A stretch of DNA of 64,000 nucleotides from Oikopleura dioica (taxonomy: Eukaryota; Animalia; Chordata), in assembly GCA_907165135.1 (NCBI GenBank), contig OU015568.1, forward strand, positions 5,766,001 through 5,830,000. The letters run 5' to 3'. This document shows positions 12,501 through 26,700 of the stretch, in pieces. Position numbers and translations under genes: made by a program. The notes below the pieces were generated by a model, which was not told where the DNA came from, searched no databases, and saw only the letters and a program-made list of their open reading frames with translations. Position 1 is the stretch's first letter; each line of letters starts with the position of its first letter.

Positions 12501-13220
12501 AGTCGGGCGAGGAAAAGCTCGACGAAATGCTTATCTCGTCCGACAAGTTTACTGAAACACGATTTGAAAGAAGAAAGGAGAAGAGGCTTTTTTACCTGAT
12601 TTGAGAGTTCTTGAGAAAATTGCCGTATTGGGAGCTGTCAGGGTCGGAAACTTGCCAGAATACTCGCTCGAGGATTTCCACGTTTTTCTGAAATGAATTG
12701 ATCAAAAGAAGATTTTCGAGTCGAAAAAGTACGAAGATGAAGTCCAAAGTTGACGATAAACTTCCTGATTTTTTGCTCGAAATAACCTTCAAAAATTTAA
12801 TCGACAATCTTGGGCAGAGTTTTTCGACAAGAAAATTTCGACAAATTTTGCGTGGGCCGCTACTCGACTGCTGATTGGCCGTTGAGCCGAATCCGGGTTT
12901 CTGATTGGTTGAAAATTTACACGCAAAATAAGTCGAAATTTTCACCTCTCAGTTTTTCACCTACTTTTTCAAAAAAAAAATTGTCTGGCAGACAAAATCT
13001 TCACTCCCTCATTTTTCCCGATTTTCGACGGTACCTGTTTCAATCCAAAGATAAAAACGGCCGTTTCGTCTAACGGAGCTGTCCCCAAATTATCCCAAAG
13101 CTTGGTGTTTTCATTAAAATGCTGCTTGAAATGCGACTTCCAAGTCGCTCTCTCCTCAAATGCCAATTTCTCTGCGCTAGAATTCAGCGCCAGCAGCCCT
13201 AGAGCCGCCAAAAACCTCAT
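9532..13220 (-). CDS. TPP1: Tripeptidyl-peptidase 1 (sedolisin family S53)
   Basis: Signal peptide MRFLAALGLLALN, prodomain VSDPDSSQYGNFL, EASLDTQY, LFASGDDG, YVTTVGGT, GRGYPDIAA, GTSASCP (catalytic Ser), GWDPVTGLG. Terminal exon uncertain. Confidence 0.93.
9764..9982. mobile_element. Family A MITE in TPP1 intron
   Basis: GGGCTCGGCAACCTGTG...TTGTTGAGCAC with hairpins. Confidence 0.85.
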
Positions 13221-14230
13221 TTTTGAAGGAAGAAAGATCGAGTTTTGACGAAAAAAAAACGAAGAAATTTGCTTTTGCGCGGAAAGATGCAATCATCAGC
13301 AGTTTTGAGCAGCGCGGGACGCTGAAATCAGGAAAACAACGACCGTCTCGTGCGCGCGAACCTACGCCCAGCTTCAAAATTCAAAATTGAACTTCTAGTG
13401 ACCTTCCTTTTCATTTTGAAAAACCTGAAAAAATCGAAGATCAAGGAAATTTTTTTCTAGAATCAACCGAAATTTTAGGTTTGTTATTATTTCTAAATTT
13501 TAAAATATCGGCAAAAAACTTGAAATATATTTAATGAAAATGTAATATAATTTTTTGATTAAATTCAAAATAAGCTTTTTATTATTTGTTCTAAAAATGC
13601 ATGGTGTCTTTTCGATTTTCTTGTGATATTGTTTGACAAAGTTCTCGATTCAAGATTTGAGACTAAACTCCTCTTCAGTCACCAAACTTTGGTGAACCCA
13701 TGAAGATTCTTTTTTCTAACTATGTTGTTATCATAAAGCAAGTTGTTATTGAGCCATTTTGATTTCAAGACTTTTATTTTTATTCACAAAAATGCGAATT
13801 ATATGAAAAAACTTGAGAAAATATCCATTTTAACCAATAGATATATCATCGTTCTATATATCGTTTTAGAAGTTCTAGAACATGTTTGTTTATTTTCTCC
13901 CAAAAGCCCTTTTATAGGATAAAATTAAAAAAACTCCATATATTCTACGATAATTTTGCTAAATTTAATCTTTTTTTCAACATAAACAAAAAGATTAAAC
14001 TCAAATTAACTTCGTTGTTGCTCAATTTCTAATAAGAGCTTCACAAAAACAAATCTATCTAGCTGAGTTACGAAAACCGAAACTTTCAAAATGAGTTTTT
14101 TCATTTAAAAATTTTGTTCTAGAAAATTCCATGATTGAATAGTTTTAGGATTTTTTATTTATTTTTATTACAGAATGAAGGGATAGAGAAAAGGAGAATC
14201 AATTAGAATTAAAAACAAGCAGAAAAAAAA

Positions 14231-15021
14231 TCAGAAAATTTTGAGAATGTCGGTCATCTGGAAGGCTTTTCTGCAGCTTGGGCAGATCTTCGGGTCGAGC
14301 GCGCCCAAGCAGGAGTGGCAGAAGGAATGACCGCATTTTGTTATGCACGAGCGGTGGTGCAGATTCGTGTCGAAGGGCGAGAAACAGACTTTGCAGCAGT
14401 TCTCGTCAACTTGCCCTAAAAGTTTTTTGAGAACTTCTTTTTCTTACCTTGATTTGCTGGTCTCTCCCGAACTCGCTCTTTTCTTTCCGTCAAAATTTTG
14501 AGCTTTCTTTCAATGTCAGTTTCGTCTCGTGCAAGCTCTTCATTTTCGAGCAGCAGACTTTCAATCGCTGAGGAGTTATTATTCATTTTTTCCCTGACGG
14601 CAGAAAGTCTCACAGTCAATGATTTTTCTTCGATGTAGATTTTCTCGAACTCGTTTCGCATTGATTGAAGTTCATTTTCTCGTGAATTGAGGTCTCTTTC
14701 AATGTCGTCGGGAAGACGCACTTGAGGAAGAAGATTGGCTTTGTGCTTTGGTTTCGGTTTTATCGCTTGGTCTTCGGGAAAACGAGGTTGGCCAGATGAG
14801 GAGTTTGGGCATTGTTGATAATGCTCAAAAAACTCGTTGAAGGAGAGAGAGGTGTTGCACTCCATGAAGAAGCATTTGAATTGAGGAACCCGAGTGCCAT
14901 ATTGCTTATGAAAATTACAGACTTTGCAATTGCAGTACTGCCCATGCTTAAAATTCTGGACAGAAGAACAATCCATACAAAATACATTATTGCCATCTTT
15001 ATCCTCGCTGCAATAAAACAT
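14231..15021 (-). CDS. C3HC4 RING finger protein with N-terminal Cys-rich region and coiled coil
   Basis: ORF 14416..15021 spliced (GT-AG) to GQVDENCCKVCFSPFDTNLHHRSCITKCGHSFCHSCLGALDPKICPSCRKAF*. Confidence 0.85.
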
Positions 15022-15522
15022 GTAGAAATTCTCCGGAATAACGCTAAAAATTTATCAATAAATAAAAATTCTCTCATTTCTAAAGCAATAACTTACGAGC
15101 AAATTTTGCATTTATGAACCCATATTGCTCCTTTCGTCTTATTCCGCCACTCAAAATAATAATTTCCATCATCCAAATATTTCTCCGGAATCTCTCGTTT
15201 TTCAACGCTTATTTTTCCCACTTTCGGCGACATCTCGAACAAAAAACGATCAGAATTGAATTTGAGAAAAGGAGATTCAATTTTTAGTACCGCGTTCTAT
15301 TTACCAAGTGAAATTTGCTCAGAAAAATTCCAAATATTCTGATTTTCACTGCTTTTTACGATTTTCGACTAAATAATCTTTCTTTCGATCGGAGTCAGTG
15401 GATTTATTTACACATTTCACAAGTCATTATCAATTTTCAGGGGAAGGAAAGAGCATGGGCAGATTATCATGTCATTTTTTTGATGCAGGTAGAAACTGTG
15501 GCATGTAAAAAGGCCAGTTGAA

Positions 15523-17418
15523 TTATCGACAATCTTCGTTCCACGGATCACAAGCGGCGTCGTTGAGCTTAGTCAGAAACTTCTCGATTCGTCTTGGCCA
15601 CCAGACCGAACCGATCTTGCACTCTCCAATGTAAGCTTCGATCAAGCCTCGAAGCGCTGTGATCCCGTCTTCAATTTTTTTTAAGAAAAAATCGAGAAAA
15701 AGCAGACTTACGGTCGAAATTTAGGATTGATCTGGGCGAATTTTCAAGCGTCTGAAACTTGGATTGAATCCATTCTGGGACTGGCTCTGTATCGGGCACA
15801 GCACATCTTAAAAACTTGGTTAGGGAAGAAAAAAGAAGGAGATTACTTTCGCATTTTGTTATTCGGATTTCGGTGGATAGCATCAGCAGCTTTTGAAATG
15901 AGCTTTTGAGCTTTTCTTGCGTCTTTTCCTTCGCTAAAAATATTTTTTGAGAATTTTTATGGGGAAAAATTGGGTTTCTCGCGATTTTTAACAAAAAATA
16001 AAAAAATTGACCAATTTTGGTCTCTTTTCCGAGATTTTCTTCATTTTTTCGAGCAGAACTCAAGAAATTTGAATGAAACAAACCTCTCATATTTTGGAAG
16101 AAAACATCCTGAAGCTGCCGTTCAAGATATTCCTTCGCAAAGTCGATGCAGTCATAAACATCCGTAAAATTCGTCTGAACGTTCTCAACCGCGTTCCATT
16201 TCAGCGTAAATCCGCCGAAGTGGTTTCGACTTTGATCGAGATCGACGCCGATGACAGCTTCATTCGTGCCCATGTCGTAGGGAATGTCCCAAAAGGGCAT
16301 TTTTCCGTCGATCGGGACGATTTTGCCGGATCCATCGTAGGGGCCTTCGTTTTTCGTGTCGGCTTTGCCTTTTGGGCCGCAGAATCTTATTTTTGTTTTT
16401 CAATTTTTATCGTTTTTGGTCATTTAAAAGTTGATTTTTGCCCAAAAGTTAGGGTTGGTGGCATGAATTGATCAAAAATCGACAATTTCAAACAAAAATT
16501 TTTGTCAAATTTTTGACCAATCAGATGCCCGACTTTGATTTGTTGGCCAATCAGATTTCAGAAAAATTTTCTTAAAAACTCGATTTTTTTGTCCAAAATT
16601 TAGTCAAAATTTTAGACATTTTTCACGAAAAATAAGAAAAAATATAAGGGCGTCAATACGTTAGCACAATTTGGGAAAGAATTTCGAAAAATCGAAAAAC
16701 AAATCTTGCATGTCTATAAATCTCGCTCGATGGGCTCCCCGAAAAGATATGCAGCTTATCATATCCACAATATTCATGATACTCGAGCCCAAAACCATCA
16801 TCCCTTTCAAACTCAAAAACGAGTCGATGCGTCGCCGCCACCCGAATCGTCCAGAGACAGCTGCGTCGGTTTTCGTAGTTTGAAGTGTCGATTTTGATTT
16901 CGCCCGAAAGAGCGGTCGTTTCAATTTGGCAGGAAGGATCGCAGGCGGGGTTGGACGGATTCGCCAGGCAAATGGGGGTTTGCCAGATGAATTTTGGATC
17001 CGAAGAGCCGCGCGGGTCGGAGAAGACTTTTCGGCCGTGCTTGCCCTGGCGATCTCCCTTTTCTGAAGGAAATTAGCGATTTGATACCCTTATTTTTCGA
17101 GTCGAAGAATCATCATTTGAAAATGTTAAAAATATGTCGTGAAATATCGAGAAGCCGCTTGGCGCTTCGAAAATTTGATATTCTAGCCGCGCTTCGCGCG
17201 GCTTTTTTTATAAAATTTCGAAGCCGCAAGCGGCTTCTCGACATTTTACGACATATTTATTACTATCGTCAAATGTTTTTACTTTTAGTTGAAAAAATAA
17301 GGGTATCACTTCGCTAATTTCTTGGTGTATCAAAAATTTGAGTTATCGAAGTCTACCCCCTTAATAAAATCTAACCTGCGATCGTGGAAGCGGCAAAAAG
17401 AGCGGCGACGAATTTCAT
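15523..17418 (-). CDS. Secreted CUB-domain protein
   Basis: Signal MKFVAALFAASTIA; CUB motif SNYENRRSCLWTIRV...LVFEFERDDGFGLEYHEYCGYDKLHIFSG...RFCGPK; continues into ORF 15671..16300 and ends ...DPWNEDCR*. Confidence 0.8.
17080..17310. mobile_element. Foldback MITE in CUB-gene intron
   Basis: GATACCCTTATTTTT...AAAAATAAGGGTATC arms around a central GCCGCGCTTCGCGCGGC; similar to 37905-38130. Confidence 0.7.
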
Positions 17419-17719
17419 ATCTCAGAAATAAAAAGCCACAAAAAATGATTTAAAAATTACGAATCAAGAAGTCAGTTTGAACTTCTTTTATAATTTCCTT
17501 CGATCGCCTCCTTGCGGTCGAGTTTTCTGTCTTGATGACAATTTTTTTAATTTACCCGAGCTGCACTTTCCAACGCGCCAGGTCACGCAGCTGAGAGACC
17601 TGAGGTAACCAAATTACCGTTCTTTTTTTCGACAAAGGATTAGAGACTTTTTTGCGCGAACATTCATTTTCATTTTAGAAGATTTAATTTTCTAGTGCTC
17701 GTGACCATCGTGGTCGAAG

Positions 17720-18276
17720 ACGATTGGTTTTACGAAGGAAGGAGAATGGATATCATCCAAGTATTTTTTGAACTCTTCATCGGAGGCTTCGAGGATGTGG
17801 CTCATCGGAACTCCAATTAACTCTAGAAAAATAAAGAGACTGAATATTATACAAATTAATTTAAAAAAATAATTAAAAAATAAAATAATGAGAATAATAA
17901 TAAATTGTAATTAAATTCTTAATAAATAATAATAGTAAAGAAAAATGACCTTGAATCGCAACTCCAATTGGTTCTTTCTCATTTTTTCGAAGAGCATAAT
18001 CGTCAATGTTTTCCTGATGTTTTCAAAATCTTCACCATTCTGACAAAATAATTTTTCTTTCTCCCTTCACGATAATTCTTCCTTTTACCTAATCAATCGT
18101 TTTGCTTGGTACTCGTCGTCTCGATCTCTTTGGTAGATGCAAAAGTAGATGAAGCACAAGCCCGCCAAGATCCAAAACCAGACCAAAAATGTCCGTTTCT
18201 TAATGTCCTCAAGCTCGATTCTCAATCTCTCCAGGGTTTCTTCGTGATCATCGACTGCTATTTCGATCCATCCCAT
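17720..18276 (-). CDS. Small single-TM protein, unknown function
   Basis: ORF MGWIEIAV...FLVWFWILAGLCFIYFCIY followed by short exons with GT-AG junctions; model incomplete. Confidence 0.4.
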
Positions 18277-18649
18277 TTTAAAAATGGCAGAAAAAAAAGC
18301 GAAAAGAAGAAAGAAAAAATCAGGAAAGCATTAAATTGTCGATAAATGCTCCTGAAATGACCGCAAATGCATTTATGCCGATTTGCCCGTCTACTGTATA
18401 TACTGTATTTAATTCAGATAAGAATACAGTGATCCAGAAAAAGGGCATTTTCTGATCATTTCTGACTAAAAATCTGACCGCTATTTTTAAGAATTTTTTT
18501 ATATAATTCGTCTATTTTGCCCAGCCCCAATTTTCTATTTATACTCTCTAGTAAACCGCAAAACACGGCTATTTTTGAATCACTGGTCGGCTTCTTTTCA
18601 ACAAACAGAATCAGTCTAAGAAAAAGCAGCTTCCTTTTTTTTTTTAAAT

Positions 18650-21600
18650 GAAGCTAGTAGCACTTTTCGTAAATTTCAACTTTTCGCTAGCTTGTGAGGA
18701 TCCGGGCTGGGTGAGTGGGATTCAGAGATCGCCGGGAATAGAGAAGCAGTTTTGGGAAGAAGGAGACAAAGTTGTTTATGCTTGCGAACCGCCGAGTTTT
18801 GGGCACAATGGCGGGTATACTCAGGAAATGCTTCGAAAAGTTTATTTTCTACATAGTTTTGAAGGCGGAACTGGGCTCAGCAACCTGTTAAGAAAACCTG
18901 AGTCCGGGTCTAGGCTAGAAAAAGGTTTCTTAAACCCTGACTCAGGTTTTCTACGAGTTCTTCAATTTCAGAAAGCCTGAGTCAGGGTCTGAGAAATCTT
19001 CTTCTATCCTTGACCCTGACTCAGGCTTTCTGAACTTGAAGAACTTGCAAAAAACCTGAGTCAGGGTCTGAAAAATAGAAAAAGATTTCTCAGACCCAGG
19101 TGACTTAGGTTTTCTGCAAGCTCTTCAAGTTCAGAAAACCTGAGTCAGGGTCTAGGATAGAAAAAAAATTTTTCAGAGCCTAACTCAGGTTTTCTTCTCA
19201 GGTTGGCGAGCCCAGAGGCAGAAAAGACGGGTAGTTCGATGAGAACTTCTTCTCCAAGCTTCTGAATCCAAAATTGAAAGATGAAAATGAAAAGGATCCA
19301 TTCGAAAAACATGAAAATATATTTGAAAACTCGGAAAAACTCGTCGACTTTTGATCGTTCAATGATGTCGTCGAACTTTTGCCGCGCCTAGAAATTTTCG
19401 ATGAGAGTCGAAAAAAGGGGTTGAAAAAGGTACCTTTTCGATGAAATCGGCGCTGATCCAAGTGTACTGAGAAATATTCGTGTTTGTCTCAGCTACCGAT
19501 GGGGCTCTGGATGAAATTTCATTGCACGTGACAAATTCGTCTTTTTTGAATTCGACTTTGTTAAAAATTTTTTCAAAGAAAAGTGGGTAGAATCCATTCC
19601 TGAGCTTTCTTTATTCAGCATAAACGTGCCGTAGTTTATCTCTTTATTTTTCGTATTCATTTTTTCCCAAATACAGTTTTTCCATCGCCAGAAAACATTC
19701 CCCCTTTCTAGAAATTTGAAGCATAAAACAGTCAATTTGCGAAAATGGCCGATGGCGCGGGCTGGTTCCTTCAACTGGCGGAAAAATTTGTGTCCAGTCT
19801 GAAACACTCGACTTGCTGGGCTTTATGAAAATCGACATTGGGTCGCAGCTTTGGAAGCAAAAATTTCGCGCGAATTTCAAACATGCCTTCTTGGCGGAAG
19901 TGAAAGAAGAAAGGGTGAGAAAAAGAGTTTTGGCGAGAAAAAGTCCAAAGCCGGAAATGACGTCATTGCTGGTCAGGAGGAATCAGTTCGTAAAGCCGGC
20001 AGAAATCAAGGAAGAGAACCAGCTGGAAGAGGAGGCGGCTCTGGAAGACGCGCCTCTTGAATTGGAAGAATTCGACCAAGAAATTGATTTTTTCTCAGAA
20101 GAAATTCCATCAAAACCAGTGGGAACTGCCAGTAGCTGTCCTGCGCCACACTCAGTTAAAAACGCTTCTTTTGATTACAAAGCCAATAGTAGTACAGCTT
20201 CGTATTCCTGTAATCCCGGCTTTTGCTTTGAAAACGAACGGACAAGGACCATCATCAGTGATTGCAAAGATGCTAGTTGGTCCGCTGTTCCATCTTGTCA
20301 GCCATGTGATGCTTGTGAGCTTCCAGAAGTAGAGACTAATCAGAACAGCGTCTGGAACGAGAATGATTGGACCGCGACGATTTCTTGCGTCGAAGAAGAA
20401 GCTGTTCTAAAGCCAGGGACGGACATTCGAGAGACGAAAATCAGCTGCATCGAGGGGAAAAGATGGAACAAGCCCATGCCCGTTTGTTCAAAACCCAGCA
20501 AGATCAACTGCGGCGACGACCACATCGAAGTCATCGTCGACAAGAACCTCTTCAAAGCGAAAAGATGGGAGGCCAGCTCTTCCAACGTCTTTCTTCACGG
20601 AAATTCGAATGGGCTCATGAGCATCGATGAAGTAGACAGCTCCTGCTTTGCCAAAGAAGATGAAGAAGGAAACTACCGAGTTCGAATTCAAGCTCCTTTC
20701 ATGGGCCAGTGCGGTACGAAAGCGACAGTCGAGGATGGCAACTATGTTTTTGAAAACAAGGTCAAATGGCGAATGGAAACGGATTTTACTGTGAAAGATG
20801 CAGAGGTGCTCGATTTTAGCTGCAAATACAGAGGAGTCTTTATGGCTGGCATTTCTCAGCCCGTCAAGATTGCGATCAACACCAAGACTTACCAGGATCC
20901 AAGGTTTGCTTTTTCCAACGCTTTTTTCTTATACCGTTCTTTTTCTAGGACAAATCAAGACTTCACGGTCTCCATGTCCGTCTACGACCACGCCAACTTC
21001 ACTGGCTTAGTGAACAACATCCCCCTCCTCCACCGCGGAAAGCGATATTTCGTCGATCTCCACCTCCACAGCGAGCAAATCGGAACTCCTTTTCTCAAAT
21101 ACTGTTATGGCTCGAAAAACTACGTCTCCGAAGCAGAGCTGCGGGAAAAATATAAAACAGAAACATCAAGCTCTGGAATTCGAAGCATGGTCGTCAATGG
21201 TTGCCCCGCTGCTGGAACACTCGTTCGACTGGAAGAGTCGCCAAATTCGTTTCAGTCGAGATATTCGTTCATGTTCCCGAAAATTGGAATTCAAGGGCGA
21301 GTCGATCTTCAGGTGCAGTTAAATATCTTGCAGTATCTAACAGTATGCTTTAGTTTGTCTATCTCCACTGCGAAATCGAATTCAAACCGGCCGGTTTCAA
21401 ACCCAATTGCGAAAACTCCATGTTCGAGCAAGTCCTTCGACAAAATTTCGACACTCTCAATGGACCAGCGCCTCAGAAACTCCTTCGAAAATTTGGCCCT
21501 CGTTTCAACCAAGACTCAACCATCGACGGGGAGTCGAGGCAGGATGCAGTCTGGAAGATCAACTGTCAAGTTCCCCTCTTTAAAAATGCTCCACGATGCT

Positions 21601-22080
21601 TGAAACAGCAAGAGGAAGCCAAAAATCGACAAAGAAGAAGTCTCAGGAGGACAAATATGGCGGTCGGATTTGGTAAGAAAAAAAAGAAAAGGGGAAATTT
21701 TCAATAAATTCTAGGGCCAATTATTTTCCCCGAAAATGAAAATGATGAGATTGATGAAGAAGTGGTCGTTGAGGAGGTTCTTCGATCATCAAAATTGTTT
21801 GTCGATGAAAATTCTGGAGAAATTGAAGTAAAAGAGGAAGAAGTAGAAGTTATCCCGAATTCCCAGGTCGACCAAATTGGTAAAAAAATTTCTTTTTTTT
21901 CAAAAATTCATGTTCTTTAGAAATTCTTTGGAAGCAACATCGGACGAAGAAATCCCTCATCATTCGAGGAATGGCTTTTGGCTGCGTATTTTTGTTTTTC
22001 TTATCAATGTTCGTCTCCAGCCGAGTCAGCTGTTTTCCCAAGTCTGATAAAGAGCTAAATATTTCGTCGAAATTTTGACT
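18650..22080 (+). CDS. Sushi/CCP-repeat plus zona pellucida (ZP) domain membrane protein
   Basis: Sushi motifs (CPAPHSVKN...YSCNPGF...C..W..VPSC), ZP-N INCGDDHIEVIVDK...QCGT...FSCKY, ZP-C VNGCP...RYSF, furin-like RQRRSLRR, hydrophobic segment near 21965-22020. Both ends uncertain. Confidence 0.8.
18873..19213. mobile_element. Family A MITE with internally duplicated arms
   Basis: GGGCTCAGCAACCTG...CAGGTTGGCGAGCCC with repeated CCTGAGTCAGG/CCTGACTCAGG units. Confidence 0.8.
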
Positions 22081-23264
22081 TGAGTTTTTTGCTTGATTTT
22101 TTGTACATTCGCTATTTTTTACTCAACAAAAATAAATTTGAAAAAAACGTTTTTTTTTTAATCAGAAAAAGCAGCAAGAAGGGTTAAGTAAGAAAGTGCT
22201 TAAATTACGCGGCATCTGGTCGGGTTAATCAGTTTCTGGCTTAGCCAAAGAACTTGATCTCTTTCAAGGTGCCGAAAGTTGAGAGCTTTTCTCTTTTTTA
22301 AAATGCAAGTCTGAGCGACAATGAATTTAAGAAGATCAATTTTATCAGATTAGCAATTGAGACCATTAGAAAGATTAGCGTGAGCATAGAAGGTTTATCA
22401 AAAGGCAGATTTTGATTTATAAAGGTATCGAGTTTCTGATTAACGAGTTTAACCAAGAATAAACTTAAGAATCGACAAAACAGATTTTTTCTCCGAGAAC
22501 TTACTGATTACGACCTCTTTTTTCTTATTTTTCTGCGGTGTAAGATTAATTTTCGTTTGAAAAATAAGGATCCCCCGTCGATTTTGCTGAGTTTTCAAAC
22601 ATCGTTTTCTCCGTGTATATCCTTAAAAGTCTTTTTCATTTTGATATCAAAATGTAGCTAAGAAAAAGCTTAAAAGTAAAAAATTGTTTTCTTGGTGATA
22701 CCCTTAAGTTAAAACACTGAAATCGACAAATCAAAACCTGCTCATTTTGTTTATTTGGACAAAAAATATTTTTCATTTGTCTTTCTCCGTTCTTGATAAT
22801 GTTCAACTTAAAAGTTCATCTTATGTTTGATATTAAAATTTAGAATCTAAATACAATAGTTTAGCATCAAAACAAGAACAATGTAGGAGACAGCGCCAAA
22901 GCAAGAAAGGGTAATCCTGGTGGTGCACCTGAGTTGGTTCTTTTTAAATTCGAGACAGAGCAACAAATGCTCATTTTTCATACTTTTTGCATAAACAAGA
23001 GAAGACCTTAATTTATTTTCAAATCAATTTTCCAATGGAAGATCTAAGGTAAAAACACTCAGAATTTTTGGGTTGGTGTCTGGAACCGACAAAAAAATTA
23101 CGACAAATTTTGCTTGGGCGGCTACTCGGCTGCTGATTGGCCGGTTTGCTAAATCCAGGCATCTGATTGGCTGAAATTTCCACGCAAGATTTGTCGGAAT
23201 CTTTTTGTCGGTTCCAGACACCTCCCCCAATTTCTGAGTCAGAAATGGGCTCTATCGAAATTTG

Positions 23265-23530
23265 ATTCTAGAGGCAACGAAGTATCTCGATCAATTCCAA
23301 CCTCTCTTCAAAACTTAACAGAAGAGCAGCGAATTCTCCTCAGGCAATTGAAAAGAACGATGATAGAGAAAAACGACCTGGAATTTGCTTTCGAAGAATT
23401 GGAAAAACTCGACCGCCGATTCCAAGTAAGATAAATTTGACAATTCTTTGATGATGAACAGCACGTTTATTTAGACAATATCAACGAGTGGATCTACTGT
23501 CAAGTCGGCCAATAAGCTCTTTACCCATCT
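23265..23530 (+). CDS. Possible small coiled-coil protein exons
   Basis: Frame RGNEVSRSIPTSLQNLTEEQRILLRQLKRTMIEKNDLEFAFEELEKLDRRFQ bounded by AG and GTAAG; no start identified. Confidence 0.3.
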
Positions 23531-23701
23531 GTAAATCGTCATTTTTTAAATGAAAGTAGACTGCTGGAATTTTGCGCAAACATGTTTAAATCGAATACAA
23601 AATAAAGAAATCGCGAATTTTTTTCGAATAACGGATAGGCATGCTTTAGTTAATGATTCGAAGGTTAGTCAGAAAGTCGTAAGAAGCAAGGCGACTCATA
23701 T

Positions 23702-26700
23702 TTACGACCGAAGCCGCACTAAATCTAGGTATGTTTTGGGTTTGAGACTGAGTGAGTAAGCAGTAGGAAGCAGATACCAAGTTTTTTCTTCCATGTTACC
23801 GAAATTGTTGTTCACCAGATTTACTCGAATATTTGCATCTTCATAAAACAATCCAAAGCTTTGGAGCTCGTCGTCAGAGGCAAAGTATGGATTATTCAAA
23901 GGGATTCGAATGACTAAAGAGCATTCGTTTTTATAGATATTGACAGACTTACGAGGAGGTTCATTTGATGAATGATCAGTATTTTGTAGAACGTATTCAT
24001 TGTTGTCTACTCTGTCGACAGTCATTTGATGGTATGCGACGACACCGTTTTGCAGATAAGCGCCAGTAACAGTAAGAGGACGAGTGAAAGCGAATTTTTC
24101 GTTCAAAGTAACTTTTAATATGTTGAACGAAGGAGAATACATTACTAAACTTGCCTCTTTCATAGTGACAGTCTGATGGAGGGGGTTTTTTGTCAAAATA
24201 TTTCCCAAGTCGTCGGATAATTTCCCATCCACTTTCCATAAGATACGTTTTCTGACAGAAATCTCAAATATAAATACGTATTGAGCTAGCTGAGCTGAGC
24301 AAAGCTGATTCATTTCTCAAAGTCATCACCTCTGCTCACTCAGTTTCCTAAGTTTTCGATTCCCTTCCTTACACATACGATCAAGGAGAACTTCTATTTC
24401 ATTCAGCTGGAAATCCTGTTCTTTTTTGTTGGGGTTCAAGTTCAGCCCAGCCGAACTCCGAGGATAAACAATCATCGTCAAAGTTGCAAGAATCGATTCT
24501 AACGAGTGCGAAGTCTCCAGATCCTTGAAGCCGAGATCGGTTCTCATCGCGTATCGAAGAAGTATTGTAACTGAGATTGGAACACAGAGCTGACTCGATT
24601 TTTGGTCGAGGATATTCTTTGTGAAATTTTGCATATCTTGCTCGAAGAACTTTGTCATCCGGTTCTTCAAGCTTGACATGTGGCACGATTTCGTCATGTT
24701 CGCATCAAGGCAAAATTGAGTTGAAGAATTTTCAAGGGAAATTATGTTTGTGATCTTTTCGATAAAATTTTCTTGGGTTATATTGATATCCTCGTAAAAG
24801 TGTTTTGTTTCATCATTCTTCATATATTTTTTAATCGAGGATGCATCGCAATCCTTAAAAACATTTATTTTTTCTAATTTATCTCAAATGATTTAACCTC
24901 AATAATTCGGTCGATTTCCTTTCGTTCATTATCATCAAGAGGCTTGTAAAGGAGAGTCCATGATGTTTTCCAGTCACAAAAAAGGAATAAAAGAAGATTA
25001 TGATTCTCATATCCCTGTCCACGCCCAATTTGATGTTGAACTGCAAATCCAGGTGAGCCACCGGCTAAAAATCTATCATTTGTTTAATTTTGGGTTTTAC
25101 CAAGAGACTGAGAAGCTGTGTACTTTGAGCCTTTCCTCGTATATCCCATTTTTCTATAGCCTTTTGACCAAGATTTATCAATAACCAGACCATAATCAAT
25201 TATTTTTGGAATTCCATCGGCAAGGAGAATGTTTTCCAGTTTCCGGTCGTAATGGTAAATTCCACAATTTTTCCATAAATAATTAAATCCCTTCAAAACG
25301 CCTTTTGCAATTTCCTTTCGTTGTTTAAGATCAAGTACGTCTCCTTTTAAGACTCTTCGCAAATTGTCTTCAGCAAATTCCATTATTGTAACCCAACCAA
25401 GGCAGTCTTCTTGCTTTGAATCTTGCTTGTAAAAAAACTCGATGTTCGCAAAATGACGAATCACATTTTCGTGATATGGAATAATCCTATCTGCTCCATA
25501 TAGAGAGTTACCAGTCAAATGGTTTTTTGCCACCGTGTGAAGGAAATCTTCAGAAAAAAATGCTTACAAAGTGCTAGCACTAATGACATTTACCTTCTGA
25601 AAGACGAATTTTATATGTAACTGCATCTTCTTCGAACTTGTCCGTGAAAAGAAAAGGATCGAATGCTTGAACGCGAACTGCAAAATCTTTTTCGCCAAAT
25701 TTTTCTTTAAGAATAATCGCCTCTCCACCATAAGAAATAACTTTTCATCGCTCAACTCCCATTCTCCAGTTTCTTCCTTGATATCCGAGCGCTCAATAAG
25801 TTGACCATAAAGCATGTTTTTCTCAAGTAGCATTCGTTGAAAACTGGTTATTTTGAAATTTTCTTTGATATTTTTCTTCTTAGAATCGTTGTTTATATGA
25901 ATTTCACCACAAGCGTTCTTCGTTAATGATTCTTTGATGAATTTGACAAACCGCCAGCGAAAAGAAATTCCAGAATTTTTGAAGTTGAATCTCTCCATTG
26001 ATGCGATTAATCGACATTTTGGAGTTCGGGATGTTGTCCTTTTCAATTTCGGTAGAAAGTCATTCAGCCAATGTACAAGTTGATCTTTTCCTAGGTCACT
26101 TGGATGTTGCGATATCTTTTCAGGTGATAGAGAACAAATTAGTAAGAGGGCTAAAAGAATTGCAATAGAGGCATATAAAAGAGATTCAAAAAGTTGAAAT
26201 CCTACGCGATCCATAAGAATGAATATTGAAAAAAAGGAAGAAAGGAGTATAAAAGATATAATAAACAAAAAAGTTGGCACAAATCAAAATCAGTAAGTCT
26301 GGAGCTAGGACGTGACAGCGCAGGACCAAATAATAAAGTATCATACATTGAAGAACGGAATAAGAAAGTATCATACATTGAAGAACGGAATAAGAAAGTA
26401 TCATACATTCAAGGACCGAGTAAGAAAGTATCATACATTGAAGCGTCAAATAAGAAAGTATCATACATTTAAGGACCGAGTCTTTTTTGGAGCCAATAAG
26501 ATTGCTGTATTTGGCCTACCGGCCAATAAGAAACCCAGCCTTTTTGGATTGTTCCTTGTATGACCGATCCAATTTTGCATCGTCCTTGGATTGGATTTGC
26601 ACTATAGCTCCATCCTTCAATGTATGATACTTTCTAATTCGGTGCTTGAATGTATGATACTTTCTTGTTCGGTCCTTCAATGTATGATACTTTATTATTT

